Source: a virus. Taken from it: a stretch of DNA of 64,000 nt. The stretch lies in IMG/VR virus record IMGVR_UViG_3300036817_000162. One strand, 5' to 3'. Positions 62,101 to 64,000 of the stretch are shown piece by piece. Position 1 is the first letter of the stretch. Each line of letters starts with the position of its first letter. The translations under genes were made by a program, and so were the position numbers. The notes below the pieces were generated by a model. It ran no database searches. It saw nothing but the letters and a program-made list of their open reading frames with translations, and was not told where the DNA came from.

Positions 62101-64000
62101 CGCTCAGCGTCGCGGCTGGCAGGCGGCTGACCTCAGCGGAGACTGAGGCGCCCACCTACGCGGGTATCAAGGCGGCGCACCCGGACTGGACGGCTGAGCA
62201 GGCGAAAGCGTACAAGGCGACGTTCCCCGCTGACCCGACCGGCGCGATCAACACCTACCAGCACATCGCCGACATGTACCGGCAGGCAGCCAAGACCGTC
62301 AGCGACCGTGACGGCATCCAGGTCGCCCCGCACCAGATGCAGGCGATCACCTGGATGCACCAGCTCAACTCCAACGACAGCGACGACGACCAGCTGGTGG
62401 AGATGGCCGCGCAGGCGGTCCGCGCCGGGGGGAAGTTCGGTGCGGTGCCGGGCGCGGCAACGGCTAAGGGCCGCGCCTCGTCGATGCAGAAGCGGTGGGC
62501 GGCGTGGAAGGCGTACGCGAAGGCGCACCAGGTCCCGGTGCAGATCGGTACGACGGTCATGGCCGCGAACACCATCACCGCGCAGCTGTTCGACTTCGGC
62601 TGGGAAGGGTGGCGCGAGGAACCGCGTGACAGCCACGGCCGGTGGACGCGCGGCGCGGCGAGCGTCATCGAGAAGATCACCGAGCCGATCCGCGAGGAGG
62701 GCGCACGCGGCAACTCACGCCCGGTCAGCGAGGATGAGTTCCAGCAGTACGCCGCCGAGGGCCGCGACCGGCTCCACGCGATCCAGGCATCGGAGTGGAG
62801 CACAAAGGGCCTCGACGCGCACTGGGCGGACGTCAAGGCGCACGCCTACGCGCAGGTGCAGCACTCGTGGGGCGGCGCGACCGTCGACCCAAGGAACGGG
62901 GAGCCGCTGCCCGACGGAGCTGACAAGTACGCCATGAGCGTCAAGCCAACCGGCCTGGACACCACCTCGATCAGTGAGCACGCCAGCCCGGAGGAGTTCA
63001 GTCAGGCGATGGACATCGCCCGCGCCAAGTACGGTAAGCAGCTCGCCAAGGGCGGCTCCTACCTGGGCATCTTCCACGACGACGACCTCAACCGGATCGA
63101 CATCGACCCGGTCACCGTGCTGGACAGCCTGCGGGAAGTCGAGACGATCGGCGCGTACACGCACGCGATCGGCGGCGCCTACCACTTCGCGAGCGGCGAC
63201 GGCTTCTGGCCGCCGCACGTCCAGAGCGGAGCGCAGATGGGCGCAGACGACGGGCACTGGGCAGGCCCCGGCCAGTGGCACTCACACGCCATCGCGGTGC
63301 AGCAGCCGCACGACGAGCCCGACGAGGAAGACGAGGACCAGGCAGGTCCGGCCGAGCTTGCGGGCGAAGGCTGGCGGGACGCCTGGCGGCACGAGCTAAG
63401 GGGACCCCACGGCGAGTGGGTGCACGGCGGCCTGGCCGACGCCGTGCACCACGGGACGATCAAGTTCCCGGCCGGGTCGCTCGGCTCCGCCGAGCACCCG
63501 GCACCGGCAGGGGCCAGGGCCAAGGCGGCAGCTGAGATCCAGAAGGCCCTGGATTTGCAGGACAAGATCATCCCCGGAATCGTGGACCACCAGGTCATCA
63601 CATTCACCAGGCACATCCCGGACGCACCGCCCGGCGACGAGGGCGTGATGGGCGAGACGATGCCTGACGGCAGGATCTACGTAAACCCCCGCGTTACTGC
63701 CGCGTTCGGCGGAGCGGCGGCAAAGGAGATGGAAAAAGACCAGATAGAGCAGCATTTCTGGGTGCCGATCAGCTCCAGGTACACCGCGGCTGACGCTGTT
63801 ACAGCCCACGAGCTTGGTCATGTCATAGGAGAGCACCTGAACAAGGCCAACCCGCACACGATGACGAGTATCGACTACTGGGGTCCCCTGGCCACGGCGA
63901 TCGGCATCCTGCCCCCCAGGACGGGCAAAACAGGGCGGACCACGGGCAGGCAGCTAGCCGACTGGGCCGACCGCAACAGCTACGCCATCACCAAGGCGAC
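59166..64000 (+). CDS. giant modular protein (>1610 aa, runs off window end), three HExGH zincin-like domains
   Basis: GTG 59166; frame read by hand with no stop to 64000; absent from ORF track. Confidence 0.85.
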   Translation, partial: MTVTLGELDLAWSAATRAAAHAKAHATARAHALAELRDGHGRWVTGPEHNDALDAVATGRHAGSVRLHDHVLYGKTEPTPNRFGLQQRSVPMEVTGLHHHWEGSGKRRKRFTDMDLLDPDTGQTVSESVKDGVSVKLYPREDVHALQAAERKSGQAPPEPAAPSQLNPAYSDWKWPTDATEKPPPKPPAPPKPPPAAPKPAPVQTIAQQVAPPPAPAPSHSSMDIARRQIDPTGLSPAEREAAATEYARMIDTVPDLAPIFATTKISFVDHLGSTGLAAPHKISLDSSLIHDPARMNALVANRGEKGWGKNFMAEAPQATGPYSGLRYVITHESGHVLSWRLNEKPGGAIAAERAVAGALAGHDFPPGTRGLHQAQAVLSDRKVTAQISGYAHRTWEELNGEVFAAYSLGGTGKAAAAGKALADTARQGAVSPDLTREDRAAEREIATRANAPSTSAVRQQLEHEADNLTPTSAPKAPAGVTATPGAMAPAGDYPGAPQVSQHSLDLARSMTDEYGDGITPELHEVASREMAKLLDAVPAARDLIASRDPRLANHMGIALHWEKDLIKNENATGATSLRQGMSLDPLLLTDAAAQDADRKQQLGLPPIQSVYADEPGNTGSYQAFRDVLTHEFGHVLAIKAQWSVLHPEVAESMHREIATALAGHPAGPGDWTSELTRVGAEVDGYAAADPQESLAEMFDVAMFGGHPPAARQVGQILARYANAGQAVNLANEDPPLPPAWDLCQGRTFSRAEAALLREKSQLGCSGFPRDSEPREFGWRYNPLEHRNAHGEWSRIGADADKVLSGMSWSDKGSPYKAPPADRANKLGAKASGNGFIKKYGLAAAHVVAAYDAATPDERDQGMRWYSDAHDVAQKLGGGDADKGAAMMSAFSVQTDWATDVMNSAHTLTNGQVPEHGVGITGAVRDRAQKILAAKTSSDIEKLFPEAGSSKTRSFYHLIRNGGDTPGDDEGAVVIDRHALSVAAGRRLTSAETEAPTYAGIKAAHPDWTAEQAKAYKATFPADPTGAINTYQHIADMYRQAAKTVSDRDGIQVAPHQMQAITWMHQLNSNDSDDDQLVEMAAQAVRAGGKFGAVPGAATAKGRASSMQKRWAAWKAYAKAHQVPVQIGTTVMAANTITAQLFDFGWEGWREEPRDSHGRWTRGAASVIEKITEPIREEGARGNSRPVSEDEFQQYAAEGRDRLHAIQASEWSTKGLDAHWADVKAHAYAQVQHSWGGATVDPRNGEPLPDGADKYAMSVKPTGLDTTSISEHASPEEFSQAMDIARAKYGKQLAKGGSYLGIFHDDDLNRIDIDPVTVLDSLREVETIGAYTHAIGGAYHFASGDGFWPPHVQSGAQMGADDGHWAGPGQWHSHAIAVQQPHDEPDEEDEDQAGPAELAGEGWRDAWRHELRGPHGEWVHGGLADAVHHGTIKFPAGSLGSAEHPAPAGARAKAAAEIQKALDLQDKIIPGIVDHQVITFTRHIPDAPPGDEGVMGETMPDGRIYVNPRVTAAFGGAAAKEMEKDQIEQHFWVPISSRYTAADAVTAHELGHVIGEHLNKANPHTMTSIDYWGPLATAIGILPPRTGKTGRTTGRQLADWADRNSYAITKA

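Noticed and set aside
1-64000. Integrase, att site, IS element, intron, rRNA
   Set aside because: No recombinase, transposase or reverse-transcriptase motifs and no rRNA-like sequence recognised in this window; lifestyle cannot be determined

Overview
High-GC (about 70%) actinobacterial tailed-phage or prophage DNA; no host housekeeping genes, integrase or IS are visible. Positions 1-18.7 kb are a minus-strand arm of many small accessory genes plus a Spo11/TopoVI-A-like toprim protein, an HNH nuclease and a RecT/YqaJ recombination pair. From 18.8 kb the genes are mostly plus-strand: replication (HTH initiator with internal iterons, G39P-like loader, DnaB-like helicase, RuvC-like resolvase), a papain-like peptidase, DUF932-like and DUF397-like proteins, a Pol-beta nucleotidyltransferase, a PAPS-reductase-family protein, and head packaging genes (TerS-like, TerL, DUF935-type portal, MuF-like). 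The window ends in a >1610 aa open frame that is missing from the ORF track. Three structures stand out. (1) At 49.2-52.8 kb, a helical-repeat+TerD protein is followed by a tandem array of four covarying Y-RNA-like hairpins, the last carrying a circularly permuted tRNA mimic, and then a vWA gene. (2) Sixteen copies of a CACACATGTGTG-type palindrome are each paired with a -10-like element ahead of gene cassettes. (3) The modular head-associated polyprotein is punctuated by an ExRxxHG[RE]W motif and has three HExGH domains. All family names come from motif recognition by eye, not from database searches.
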